Positions 55,045 through 63,975 of a DNA stretch of 63,975 nt are shown here, in pieces; the stretch's first letter is position 1; each line of letters begins with the position of its first letter. Both the position numbers and the translations under genes were made by a program. The stretch covers positions 1 to 63,975 of the forward strand of contig CAWBMV010000010.1 of assembly GCA_963789955.1 (NCBI GenBank), given 5' to 3'. This DNA comes from an uncultured Candidatus Rokubacteria bacterium (GTDB taxonomy: Bacteria; Methylomirabilota; Methylomirabilia; Rokubacteriales; CSP1-6). Below the pieces are notes generated by a model that saw nothing but the letters and a program-made list of their open reading frames with translations, searched no databases and had not been told where the DNA came from.

Positions 55045-55489
55045 GGAGGCGATGAGCGGAAACGTCACGACGATCGACGCCTCGGAGTCGGCTCACTCGG
55101 CGATCGGTCGGATGCTCGCGCGGCGGGTCAGACATCTGCCGGTGGTGGACGCGCAGGGAGCGCTGGTGGGCATCGTCACGGACCGCGATCTGCGCCACTA
55201 CCTGTTCTCGCCGGGCGTGTTCGATCGCATCGGACAGGTGGCCGCCGATCAGCTCCTTAAAGCCGTGACCGTGAAGCAGGTCATGACGTCGCCGGCCCTC
55301 AGCGTCCACGCCGACGAAGATCTCGAGACGGCTGCGCGGATCATGGCAGGACGCCGGATCGGCTCGCTGCCGGTCGTCGAGAAGGGGCGCGTGATCGGGA
55401 TCATCACGGAGACCGATCTGCTCCGGCAGATCGTGTTGACCGAGGCGGACACGCCGGAGTGCGAGGCGATCGTCGTCTCGTTCCCGTGA
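55034..55489 (+). CDS. CBS domain protein
   Basis: VRHLPVVD..GIVTDRDLR; IGSLPVV..GIITETD. Confidence 0.9.
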   Translation: MRVREAMSGNVTTIDASESAHSAIGRMLARRVRHLPVVDAQGALVGIVTDRDLRHYLFSPGVFDRIGQVAADQLLKAVTVKQVMTSPALSVHADEDLETAARIMAGRRIGSLPVVEKGRVIGIITETDLLRQIVLTEADTPECEAIVVSFP

Positions 55490-55495
55490 GGCGCG

Positions 55496-56053
55496 CTACC
55501 TTCCAGCGCCGGTCCGTCCGGGAACGAGGCTGAAGACCAGCTCCGTCACACTCTGCTCGGTCTTGCGCGACTCGACCATGGTGAATCGGGTGATGAGATC
55601 GAGCATGCGCCGGTTGTCGGCGAGCACGTAGGCGCGAAACCGCCGGTAGGACCGCGCGGCGGCGGCACAGAGTATCGCATCGAAGAGCAGTGTTCCGAGG
55701 CCTCGATTCTGCCAGCTGTCCTCCACCACGAATGCCACCTCGACGGTGTCGGCCTCGTCGAGGGCGTCGTAGCGACCTACGGCGATGAGCTCGGGATCGT
55801 CGCCCGACGGGGCTTCAACGACCAGCGCGAGGCGTCGGCGATAGTCGACGGTGGCGAGCACCCGCGCCCAGTCGGGGGGCAAGCGTTTCACGATCGCGAA
55901 GAACCGATGATAGGCGCTGTCGCGGCTCAAGCGGCCGTGAAGCGCCTGCAGTCGCGGCGCGTCGTCCGGGCGGATCGGACGGAGTCGGACGACCGTGCCC
56001 TCTCTGAGCGCGAGCTCGCGCTCGAGCTCGGCGGGATAGCCGGGTGGCGTCAC
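55496..56053 (-). CDS. Stand-alone GNAT acetyltransferase (Pat-type GNAT domain)
   Basis: LRPIRPDD, YHRFF, VDY, EVAFVVEDSWQNRGLG, VLADNRRM. Confidence 0.85.
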   Translation of the reverse strand: MTPPGYPAELERELALREGTVVRLRPIRPDDAPRLQALHGRLSRDSAYHRFFAIVKRLPPDWARVLATVDYRRRLALVVEAPSGDDPELIAVGRYDALDEADTVEVAFVVEDSWQNRGLGTLLFDAILCAAAARSYRRFRAYVLADNRRMLDLITRFTMVESRKTEQSVTELVFSLVPGRTGAGR

Positions 56054-56082
56054 GGCGTCATTGTAGTTGACCGGGGCGCCAC

Positions 56083-56119
56083 TGGGACCGCTGCGCACCG
56101 CTGGGGCGGCAATGCCACA
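56083..56119. promoter_or_regulatory. Tandem putative enhancer sites
   Basis: TGGGAC-N6-GCACCG and TGGGGC-N6-GCCACA, 19-bp period. Confidence 0.6.
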
Positions 56120-56182
56120 GCTCGCCGGCCTGAACGCTGCCGTCCAACGCGGCAACCGCGTGAAAACCTTGGGATTGGATCC

Positions 56183-56198
56183 TGGCACCACGGTTGCC
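56183..56198 (+). promoter_or_regulatory. sigma-54 promoter
   Basis: TGGCACCACGGTTGCC. Confidence 0.75.
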
Positions 56199-56211
56199 TA
56201 TCAACACGACC

Positions 56212-57007
56212 ATGAACCTGGACATTCAGATCATCCAGAAGCACATCGCCAGCCCGGCCGCCGCGCGCGAGATCCGGCTCTTCGGGAGTCGTCGCGTCCA
56301 CCAATGGTGTCTTGCGCGACCTTGCGATGAAGGCCGCGCCCGAGGGGACCGTCGTCGTTGCCGACGAGCAGACCGCCGGCCACGGGCGCTTCGGCAAGCC
56401 CTGGTTCTCACCGCCGGCCGTCAACCTCTATCTCTCGACGCTCTTGCGGCCGACCGTCGCACCGCGCGACGTGGGCGCGCTCACGTTCGTCGGGTCCCTC
56501 GCCGTGTGCGACGCGATCAGGGCGGAGGGTATGGACGCCACGATCAAGTGGCCGAACGACGTCCTCGTCGAGCGCAAGAAGGTGGCGGGCATCCTCGTGG
56601 AGTGCGCGACGGTCGAGAACCGCGTCGACTACGTGATCGTGGGCTTCGGCGTGAATTTGAACGTCACGCATGAGGCGCTCATGGCCGCGCTCGGACATTC
56701 GGGCCACGCGGCGGGCTCGCTCGCGGAGTTCGCGGACCGTGAGATCGATCGTAACGCGTTCGCGGCTCGCTCCTGAATCATCTCTTCCGATGGGTCGAGA
56801 CCTACCGCGGCGTCCGGCCCCGCTCCGCTGCTGGACGCGTGGCGCGATCGGGACATCTTGACCGGACGGCGGGTCGAGGTGCGAGGCGAGGGCCCGTCCT
56901 ACGACGGACGGGTGCTGGGCGTCGATGCCGAGGGCCATCTCGTGCTTCGCGATTCGCTCGGCGACCTGCACCGAGTTCTGGCCGGAGAAATCCGGCTGTC
57001 CGACTGA
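56212..57007 (+). CDS. birA: Biotin-protein ligase (class I, no HTH); frameshifted
   Basis: ADEQTAGHGRFGKPWFSP, KWPND, KVAGILVE, GFGVNLN. Confidence 0.85.
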
Positions 57008-57026
57008 GGACGCGGGCGGATCAATC

Positions 57027-57476
57027 ATGGCAAAGCGCATTCTGGTTCCCCTTGACGAAGCGGTGCAGGCCGAGAGCATGATCGACGCGGTCGGCGCGAC
57101 TGGCGCGCACCGCGGGCGCGACCGTTCGCCTCTTGCACGTGGCGCCGATCCCGGAGAGTGTCACGGACGACTACGGGCACGTGGTCGTCTATGCCGATCA
57201 GGAGACGGCGCGCCTCGAGGCCGAGGGGCTGGACTATCTGCACGCGGCCTCGATGCGTCTCGATGGCGTCTCGCTCGAGTGCGCGGTGCGATACGGCGAT
57301 CCGGTCGAGCAGATCCTGGACGAGGCCAGTCCTGGAGCGCCGATCTGATCGCGATGACGACGCGGGGACGCGGCGCCATCGAGCGTGCGTTGCTGGGAAG
57401 CGTCGCCGAGCAGGTGTTCCGCAAGGCCCCCATGGCGGTTACGCTCTACCGTGCCCCGCGAGATCCGCGGGCATGA
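57027..57476 (+). CDS. Universal stress protein; frameshifted
   Basis: ILVPLD, RYGDP, DLIAMTTRG, LGSVAEQV. Confidence 0.85.
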   Translation: MAKRILVPLDEAVQAESMIDAVGATGAHRGRDRSPLARGADPGECHGRLRARGRLCRSGDGAPRGRGAGLSARGLDASRWRLARVRGAIRRSGRADPGRGQSWSADLIAMTTRGRGAIERALLGSVAEQVFRKAPMAVTLYRAPRDPRA

Positions 57477-57525
57477 CGGATTCCGGGCGCAGCGCGCGCC
57501 GCGTCGCTCGGACAGGAGGCAGACG

Positions 57526-58165
57526 ATGCTCGTCGCGGACGTGATGCAGGCGGCGGTGGTCACGATCACGCCGAAAACGTCGCTGCCGGAGGCCGTGCGG
57601 CTCGCGCAGCACCGCGGCATCCGTCATCTCCCGGTCGTCGAGCACGACCAGCTCGTCGGCATCGTCTCCGATCGCGACCTCAAGCGCGCGATGGCCTCGC
57701 CCGCGACGAGCCTCGAGGTCCACGAGCTCCGCTATCTTCTCGACGCGGTCACCGTCGACGAGATCATGACGCGCGCCGTCATCACCGTCGGCCGTACGTT
57801 CGCGATCGAGGAAGCGGCGAGGCTGATGCTGAGGGAGAAGGTAAGCGCGCTTGCCCGTCACCGAGCAGGGGCGCCTTATCGGCATCGTCACGGAGACCGA
57901 CGTCCTGGAGCTTTTCGTGAGAGGCATGGGCGCGGGGCAGCCATCGAGCCGGATCGACGTCCGACTTCCCGAGGACACCGCGACCCTGGCCGATCTCGTT
58001 CACACGGTCGAGGAGGCTTCGGTCGCAATCTCGAGTATCATGACCCTCGCCGATCGCGCTGGGCACAAGGACGTGGTGATCCGTGTGCGGTCGATCGACC
58101 CGAGAGCGGCGGTCGCGAATCTCGAAACTCGCGGATACGCGGTTCGTGACCCGAGGAACGGCTGA
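57526..58165 (+). CDS. AcuB-like CBS-CBS-ACT protein; frameshift ~57850
   Basis: IRHLPVV..SDRDLK..SPATSL; C-terminal SSRIDVRLPE ACT-like domain. Confidence 0.82.
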
Positions 58166-58168
58166 GCC

Positions 58169-59053
58169 ATGCGCGTCCTGCTGGCCACGGATGGCTCCAA
58201 GAACTCCCAGGCGGCGGCCGCGTTCCTGAAGGCGCTTCCGCTCCCGGCGTCCACGACGGTCCGGATCATCGCCGTGGTGTCGCTGCCCGGTTTTGCTCTC
58301 GAAGCGACGTCGGCCCCCGCGGTCCAGCGCGCGGTGTTCGACGAGGCGGAAGACGTTGCCAGCCAGGCTCGGGACATGCTGGCGCCGCGCGGCTTCACGA
58401 TCGAGACCGACGTCGCCGAGGGCGATCCGCGGGTGGAGATTGTTCGGCAGGCGGACGAGTGGAAAGCCGATCTCATCGTGCTCGGCGCCCGGGGCCTCGG
58501 CGGGGTCAAGCGGTTCCTGCTGGGAAGCGTCTCGGACGCGGTGGCCCGTCACGCCCGATGCCCCGTGCTGGTCGTCAAAGGCCAGCGTCCCAAGCTCGGC
58601 AGCGTGCTCGTCGCGACGGACGGCTCCGAGGACTCCTTCCAGGCCGTTCGATTCTTGCAGTCGCTCGACCTGCCCCGGCAGACCAGGCTCCGCTTGCTCA
58701 GCGTGGTCGAGCGACTTCGCTATCCAACCACCGCGCCGCAATCGGTGCGCGGTCAGCTCGTCAGAATGCTCAAGGAGCTCGAGGCCGAGCGCCGCGGCAA
58801 GCTCGACAAGGTGCTCGAGCGGGCGGCCGGCCAGCTCGACGACAAGATCACGCGCGTGACACGATACACGCCCACCGGTGACCCCGCCGAGGAGATCGTC
58901 AAGACCACGCAGGACTTCGACACCGATCTCGTCGTCGTGGGAGCCCGTGGCCTGGGGGGCGTGACGCGGGTCCTGCTCGGCTCGGTATCCGAGAAGGTGC
59001 TCCATCACGCGCGATGCCCGGTCCTGATCGTCAAGGCAGGCCAGAAGGCCTGA
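58169..59053 (+). CDS. Tandem-domain universal stress protein
   Basis: Two ATDGS..DLxVxGARG..LLGSVS..CPVL units. Confidence 0.92.
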   Translation: MRVLLATDGSKNSQAAAAFLKALPLPASTTVRIIAVVSLPGFALEATSAPAVQRAVFDEAEDVASQARDMLAPRGFTIETDVAEGDPRVEIVRQADEWKADLIVLGARGLGGVKRFLLGSVSDAVARHARCPVLVVKGQRPKLGSVLVATDGSEDSFQAVRFLQSLDLPRQTRLRLLSVVERLRYPTTAPQSVRGQLVRMLKELEAERRGKLDKVLERAAGQLDDKITRVTRYTPTGDPAEEIVKTTQDFDTDLVVVGARGLGGVTRVLLGSVSEKVLHHARCPVLIVKAGQKA

Positions 59054-61473
59054 CGTCGGCCGACGCGGCCGACCGTCTCCGGCGCTGGGGACCGAACGAG
59101 CTCGCAGCCGCGCGCCGGTTCCAGGCGGCGCGCCAGATCGCCGGGTGGCTGGCCAGCCCGCTCATCATCATCCTGCTCCTGGCGAGCGTCGCATCCGCCG
59201 TCCTGGGGCAGGTCGTGAGCTCCATCGTGATCGCGCTGATGGTCGTGCTCGGTGTGGGCCTGAACTTCGTGCAGGCGTACCGGTCACAGGTCGCGGCTCG
59301 GCGACTCCGCGAGCGTGTCAGCCAGCGTGCAACGGTCGTGCGCGACGGTGCGGTGAGCGAGATCCCGGTGGCCGGTGTGGTCCCGGGCGACGTGATTCAC
59401 CTGGCGGCCGGGGATCTGGTGCCGGCGGACGGGGCTCTGGCGTTCGCCAAGGATCTCTTCCTGAACGAGGCGGCGCTCACCGGCGAGTCGCTGCCGGCCG
59501 AGAAGCACGCGGCGGCGCGCGTCTTTCGCGGCACGTCGGTCGTCAGCGGCGTCGGCGTCGCGCTGATCGACGCCACGGGCGCGGCGACGCAGTTCGGACG
59601 CATCGCGGCGCATCTGACGGGACGCGCCCCCGAGACCGAGTTCGAGCGCGGCACCCGCCGCTTCGGTTTCCTGATCCTCCAGGTCGTGATCTTCCTCGTG
59701 CTCTTCGTGTTCCTCGTCAACGCTCTGCTCCGCCGCGATCTGCTGGAGTCGTTCCTGTTCTCGGTAGCGCTCGCGGTCGGGCTGACGCCCGAGCTCCTGC
59801 CGATGATCGTCTCGGTCACCCTGGCCAGCGGCGCCGTGCGCATGGCGAAGAAGAAGGTGATCGTCAAGCGGCTCGCGGCGATCGAGAACTTCGGCAGCAT
59901 GGACGTGCTCTGCAGCGACAAGACCGGCACGTTGACGGTGGGGGAGATCGTCCGTCGACCGCCACGTCGATCTGCCGGGCGAGACCGACGAGGCCGTGAT
60001 GCGTCTGGCCGCGCTCAACAGCGCGTACCAGACCGGGCTGCGGAGCCCGATGGACGAGGCGATCCTGCGACAGCAGCATCCCGACGATCGCTCGCTACTC
60101 CCGTAGTCGACGAAGTCCCGTTCGACTTCAGCCGGCGGCGCGTGTCGGTGGTCGTCGAGGACGGCGGTGAGCGCCTCGTCATCGTCAAAGGCGCGCCCGA
60201 GAGCGTCCTGGCGGTCTGCACGCACGTGCGAGCTCGACGGCGCGCCCCAGGGCGCTGGATACCGAGACGACTGCGCAGGCCGACGCGCTGTTCCGCCGCC
60301 TCAGCGAGGAGGGCTACCGGGTGCTCGCGGTCGCCGTACCGCAAGGTCGATCGTCGGGAGGCGTACACGGTGGCGCGACGAGTGCGACGCTGACCCTGGC
60401 CGGATTCGCGGCGTTCCTCGATCCGGCGCGCGACGATGTTCCCGCGACACTCGCCGCGCTGCGCGAGGACGGCGTCGTCGTCAAGATCCTGACCGGCGAC
60501 AACGAGCTGGTCGACGGCGACGATCTGCGCGCAGGTCGGCCTGCCGGCCGACACGATCGTCCTGGGCGCCGAGATCGAGCGGCATGACCGACGCCGGCGC
60601 TGGCGGCGGTCGCGGAGCGGACCGACGTCTTCGCGCGGGTGTCCCCCGCGCAGAAGAACCGGATCATCCTGGCGCTGCGCTCCGCGGCCACGTCGTCGGC
60701 TACCTCGGCGACGGCATCAACGACGCGCCGTCGCTGCGACCGCCGACGTCGGCATCTCGGTCGACAACGCCGTCGACGTGGCGCGCGACGCGGCCGACAT
60801 CATCCTGCTCGAACAGCGGCCTGAGCGTCCTGCACGACGGCGTCATCGAGGGGCGACGGAGCTTCGGCAACATCATGAAGTACGTGCTCATGGGGACGAG
60901 CTCGAACTTCGGCAACATGCTCAGCATGGCGGGCGCGGTCGCTCGTTCCTGCCGTTCCTGCCGATGCTGCCCGCTCCAGATCCTCCTCAACAACTTCCTC
61001 TACGACTTCTCGCAGCTGACGATCCCGACCGACCACGTCGACCGCGCGTACCTGCGCAAGCCGCGCCGCTGGAACATCGCGCTTGATCCGGCGCTTCATG
61101 CTGGTGCTCGGCCCGATCAGCTCGCTCTACGACTTCCTGACGTTCGCGGTGATGCTCGGCGTCTTCCACGCCGGCGCGGCGCTGTTCCGCACGGGCTGGT
61201 TCGTCGAGTCGCTCGCCACCCAGACGCTGGTGATCTTCGTCATCCGCACGGCGCGGCAACCCGTGGCGCAGCCGGCCGAGCCGCGCGCTGGCCGGGGCGT
61301 CGGCACGGCCGTGGCCGTCGGGATCGCGCTGCCGTTCACGCCGCTCGGCCGGCTGGCTCGGCTTCACGCCGCTGCCGCCGCTGTTCTTCGCGGCGCTGCT
61401 GACGATGATCGTGGCGTACCTCGCGCTCGTCGAGGTCGTCAAGCGCTGGTTCTACCGCCGCTATCCCATGTAG
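59014..61473 (+). CDS. mgtA: Magnesium-translocating P-type ATPase (MgtA-like); many frameshifts
   Basis: TGES, PELLP, MDVLCSDKTGTLT, KILTGDN, GDGIND, SSNFGN, LYD, WFVESL. Confidence 0.85.
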
Positions 61474-61489
61474 GAGGAGACGCTACGTC

Positions 61490-62056
61490 ATGACGACCCC
61501 ATTGACCGTTCGTGACGTTCTCTTCGCGACCGATTTCTCGGAGGCCTCGCGTCTCGCCGGGCAGACGGCGGCCGAGCTCGCGCGCCACTTCGGCGCGCGG
61601 CTGCACGTGCTGCACGTGGTACCGCCGGTCACCGATCCGGCGCCCGCCCCGGATGCGCTCCGCGCCGCCGCGGCCGAGCTCGGCGCGGGCCTACGGGTTG
61701 TCACCGCGACGGCTTCGGGTCGGGCGGCCTCGCAGATCGTCGACTACGCTCGTGGCAACGCGATCGATCTGATCGTGGTGGGCACATACGGACGCACGGG
61801 CGTGTCGCACGCGATCCTCGGTAGCGTGGCCGAAGCCGTCGTGCGCAGGGCGGGCTGTCGCGTCCTGACGGTTCCGGCCGTCGCGGCCGGCGCTCCGAGA
61901 TCTCCGGTCGTGGCCGACGAGGTCGTGGAAACGACGTCCTGCGCAGTGTGCGGCGGCCCGAGCCAGGACGACCTCATTTGCGAGGCGTGCCGGGCGCGAA
62001 TCCGCGGCGAAGCGCTCGAGCGCAAGCGGGGCGAAGAGCGCCCCGGCCGCCGTTAG
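61490..62056 (+). CDS. Universal stress protein with C-terminal C4 zinc ribbon
   Basis: ATDFS, DLIVVGTYGRTG, GSVAE; tail CAVC..CEAC. Confidence 0.85.
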   Translation: MTTPLTVRDVLFATDFSEASRLAGQTAAELARHFGARLHVLHVVPPVTDPAPAPDALRAAAAELGAGLRVVTATASGRAASQIVDYARGNAIDLIVVGTYGRTGVSHAILGSVAEAVVRRAGCRVLTVPAVAAGAPRSPVVADEVVETTSCAVCGGPSQDDLICEACRARIRGEALERKRGEERPGRR

Positions 62057-62059
62057 CTG

Positions 62060-63397
62060 CTAGCGGGGCCGAGCGGGAAGGCGCTCCAGCCACTCGTCGA
62101 CGCAGCCGCCGAGGCCCGGGCTGGCGGTCTCCGCGAACTCGTATCTGGCCCGGACGACCGGCTTGTCGATCGCGATCAGGCGGGCGAGATCGACCGGCGT
62201 GGCAGCGACGACGACGTCGACGTCCACGCGCGCGATCGTCGTCTGGAGGGCGTCGAGCTGCTCACGGCTGTAGCCGACGGCGGGCAGGACCGGTCCGATA
62301 TGCGGATACCGCGAAAACACGGCCTCGAGGGCGGGCGCCGACGCCGATCGCGGGTCGACCACGATCGCGCCGATCGCGGTTGCCGCGACGAATCCGGCAC
62401 CGTGGGGCATCTGCCCGTGCGTGATGGTCGGGCCGTCCTCGATGACGAGCGCGCGTCGTCCTCGGACCGCGGCCGGATCATCGAGGCGGACCGGTGAAGC
62501 CGCCTGCACGAGTCGGCGCCGCGGTCATTCACCGCGCGGGCCGAGGCGATCGCGCGCTCCACCTGCTCGCCGGAGGCGGTGTCGACCTTGTTGACCACGA
62601 TGACGTCGGCCGTGCGGAGGACGGCCTCGCCCGGATGATAGCCGCGCGCGTCGTCCGGACGGAGCGCGTCCACGACGACGATGTGCAGATCGGGTCGCAG
62701 GAACGGGAAGTCGTTGTTGCCGCCGTCCCAGACGATCACGTCGGCTTCCGACGCCGCGCTGGCCGGCGATGCGGGCGTAGTCGACGCCGGCGAACACGAG
62801 GTTGCCGGCCGCGAGGTGCGGCTCGTACTCCTCTCGCTCCTCGATCGTGCATGCGGCGGCATCGAGGTCGGCCAGCGTCTCGAAGCGCTGCACCCGCTGA
62901 CGCTCGAGATCCGCGTACGGCATCGGGTGGCGCAGCACCGCGACCCGAAGGCCACGCGCCCGCAGTTTCGCGCCCAGCCATCGGGCGATCGCCGATTTGC
63001 CGCAACCGGTTCGCACGGCCGAGACCGCGACGACCGGCACCGCGGCCTGGAGCATCGTCCGCTCGGGACCCAGCAGCACGAAGTCGGCGCCGGCGGCGAG
63101 AGCGCGCGAGGCGATACGCATCACGTGGGCGTGGGAGACGTCGCTGTAGGCGAAGACCACCTGCGTCACCTGGTGGCGGCGGCAGAGGATTTCGAGCTCC
63201 GACTCGTCCTCGATCGGGATACCGGCCGGATACCGGGGGCCTGCGAGGGCGGCGGGGTACCGGCGTCCCGCGATACCGGGGATCTGCGTCGCCGTGAACG
63301 CGACGACCGTGACCGCGGGCTCATCGCGATACACGACGTTGAAGTTGTGGAAGTCGCGCCCGGCGGCACCGAGGATCACGACTCGTTCGTGCGTCAT
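62060..63397 (-). CDS. COG2403 P-loop protein (cyclic 2,3-diphosphoglycerate synthetase-like family); frameshifted
   Basis: GAAGRDFHNFN, FAYSD, AVRTGCGKS, RHPMPY, TIEEREEYEPH, WDGGNND, EDGPTITHG. Confidence 0.82.
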
Positions 63398-63799
63398 CTT
63401 GTCTCTCCCATCCGGCGGCGGAGCGTCTTGCGCATCGCGCCGGCCGACGTCGTCACGAGCATCGCGAGGCCGAGACCGAGCGCGGCGACGATGCTCGTCA
63501 CGCCGGCGTGCAACAGGAGCCACGCGCAGAGCAGGAAGGCGACCGACGGGATCAGGATCTCCGCCACGCGTGTCCCGCCGCTTGCCGCCGTGCGCTGCCG
63601 CGCGGCGAGCCAGGGGAGACGGCCGTTCACGAACAGGAACGAGACGAGCACGACGGCGTCAGTCATCGCCGCGACCTGTCGAAGGGTCCCGAGCATGACG
63701 AGCACGGCGAGTGTAGACTCCGGCTCCGAGGATGAGCCCGACGCCTGACAGCGAGACCTGCCAGAGAGCGAGCGATCGACGAAGTGAAGTGGAGGCCAC
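63394..63799 (-). pseudogene. Internally deleted APC-family amino acid permease
   Basis: N-terminus MASTSLRRSLALWQVSLSGVGLILGAGVY (TM1) joined near 63712 to C-terminal helices; GGAGG RBS. Confidence 0.65.
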
Positions 63800-63827
63800 G
63801 TCGCTCTAAATCCTCCCGTTCGGGTTC

Positions 63828-63843
63828 AGCAACGGCAATGCCA
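63828..63843 (-). promoter_or_regulatory. sigma-54 promoter
   Basis: TGGCATTGCCGTTGCT. Confidence 0.75.
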
Positions 63844-63917
63844 GTGCTCAGCGCGATCCCAACCGCACAATATTCGCTCGTGATCTGAGAACGGGCCGAG
63901 CCGAGGGCCGCGTTGGG

Positions 63918-63954
63918 CGGGGCAGACGCGTCCCACAGGGGTACCGTCGCCTCA
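63918..63954. promoter_or_regulatory. Tandem putative enhancer sites
   Basis: CGGGGC-N6-GTCCCA and AGGGGT-N6-GCCTCA, 19-bp period. Confidence 0.6.
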
Positions 63955-63975
63955 CCCGTCGCTGCAGGGCCATGT

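Overview
High-GC bacterial chromosomal window with no rRNA, tRNA, CRISPR or IS elements recognisable. Many genes are split by single-base indels, most likely long-read consensus errors. After the end of a dpp/opp ABC operon (1-1571), almost the whole window (~1.6-64 kb) is one stress/low-energy island. It holds 11 universal stress protein genes, 8 CBS-domain genes, Hsp20, an orphan GroEL, a BON protein, a Lon-like protease, Pcm and two DksA/TraR zinc fingers. Metabolic genes include an acs-pdhABC-ACP-osmC module without E3, MaoC-Pta plus AckA, tdh-kbl, a formate channel, archaeal-type FBP aldolase/phosphatase and SAM synthetase, a COG2403 P-loop protein and an MgtA-like P-type ATPase. The main signal from reading the intergenic DNA is regulatory. 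There are 19 good sigma-54 (-24/-12, GG-N10-GC) promoters in front of the transcription units, and most have tandem 18-bp imperfect palindromes (about YGRGRC-N6-GYCYCA, 19-21 bp period) roughly 45-120 bp upstream. The island also encodes two PAS histidine kinases (one FixL/DosP-like) and a sigma-54 enhancer-binding response regulator. I infer a self-contained sigma-54 hypoxia/dormancy regulon, functionally reminiscent of the mycobacterial DosR regulon. Also present are unannotated small ORFs, a secreted protein with 8-aa tandem repeats, and several internally deleted gene relics. All family assignments come from motif recognition, not database searches.
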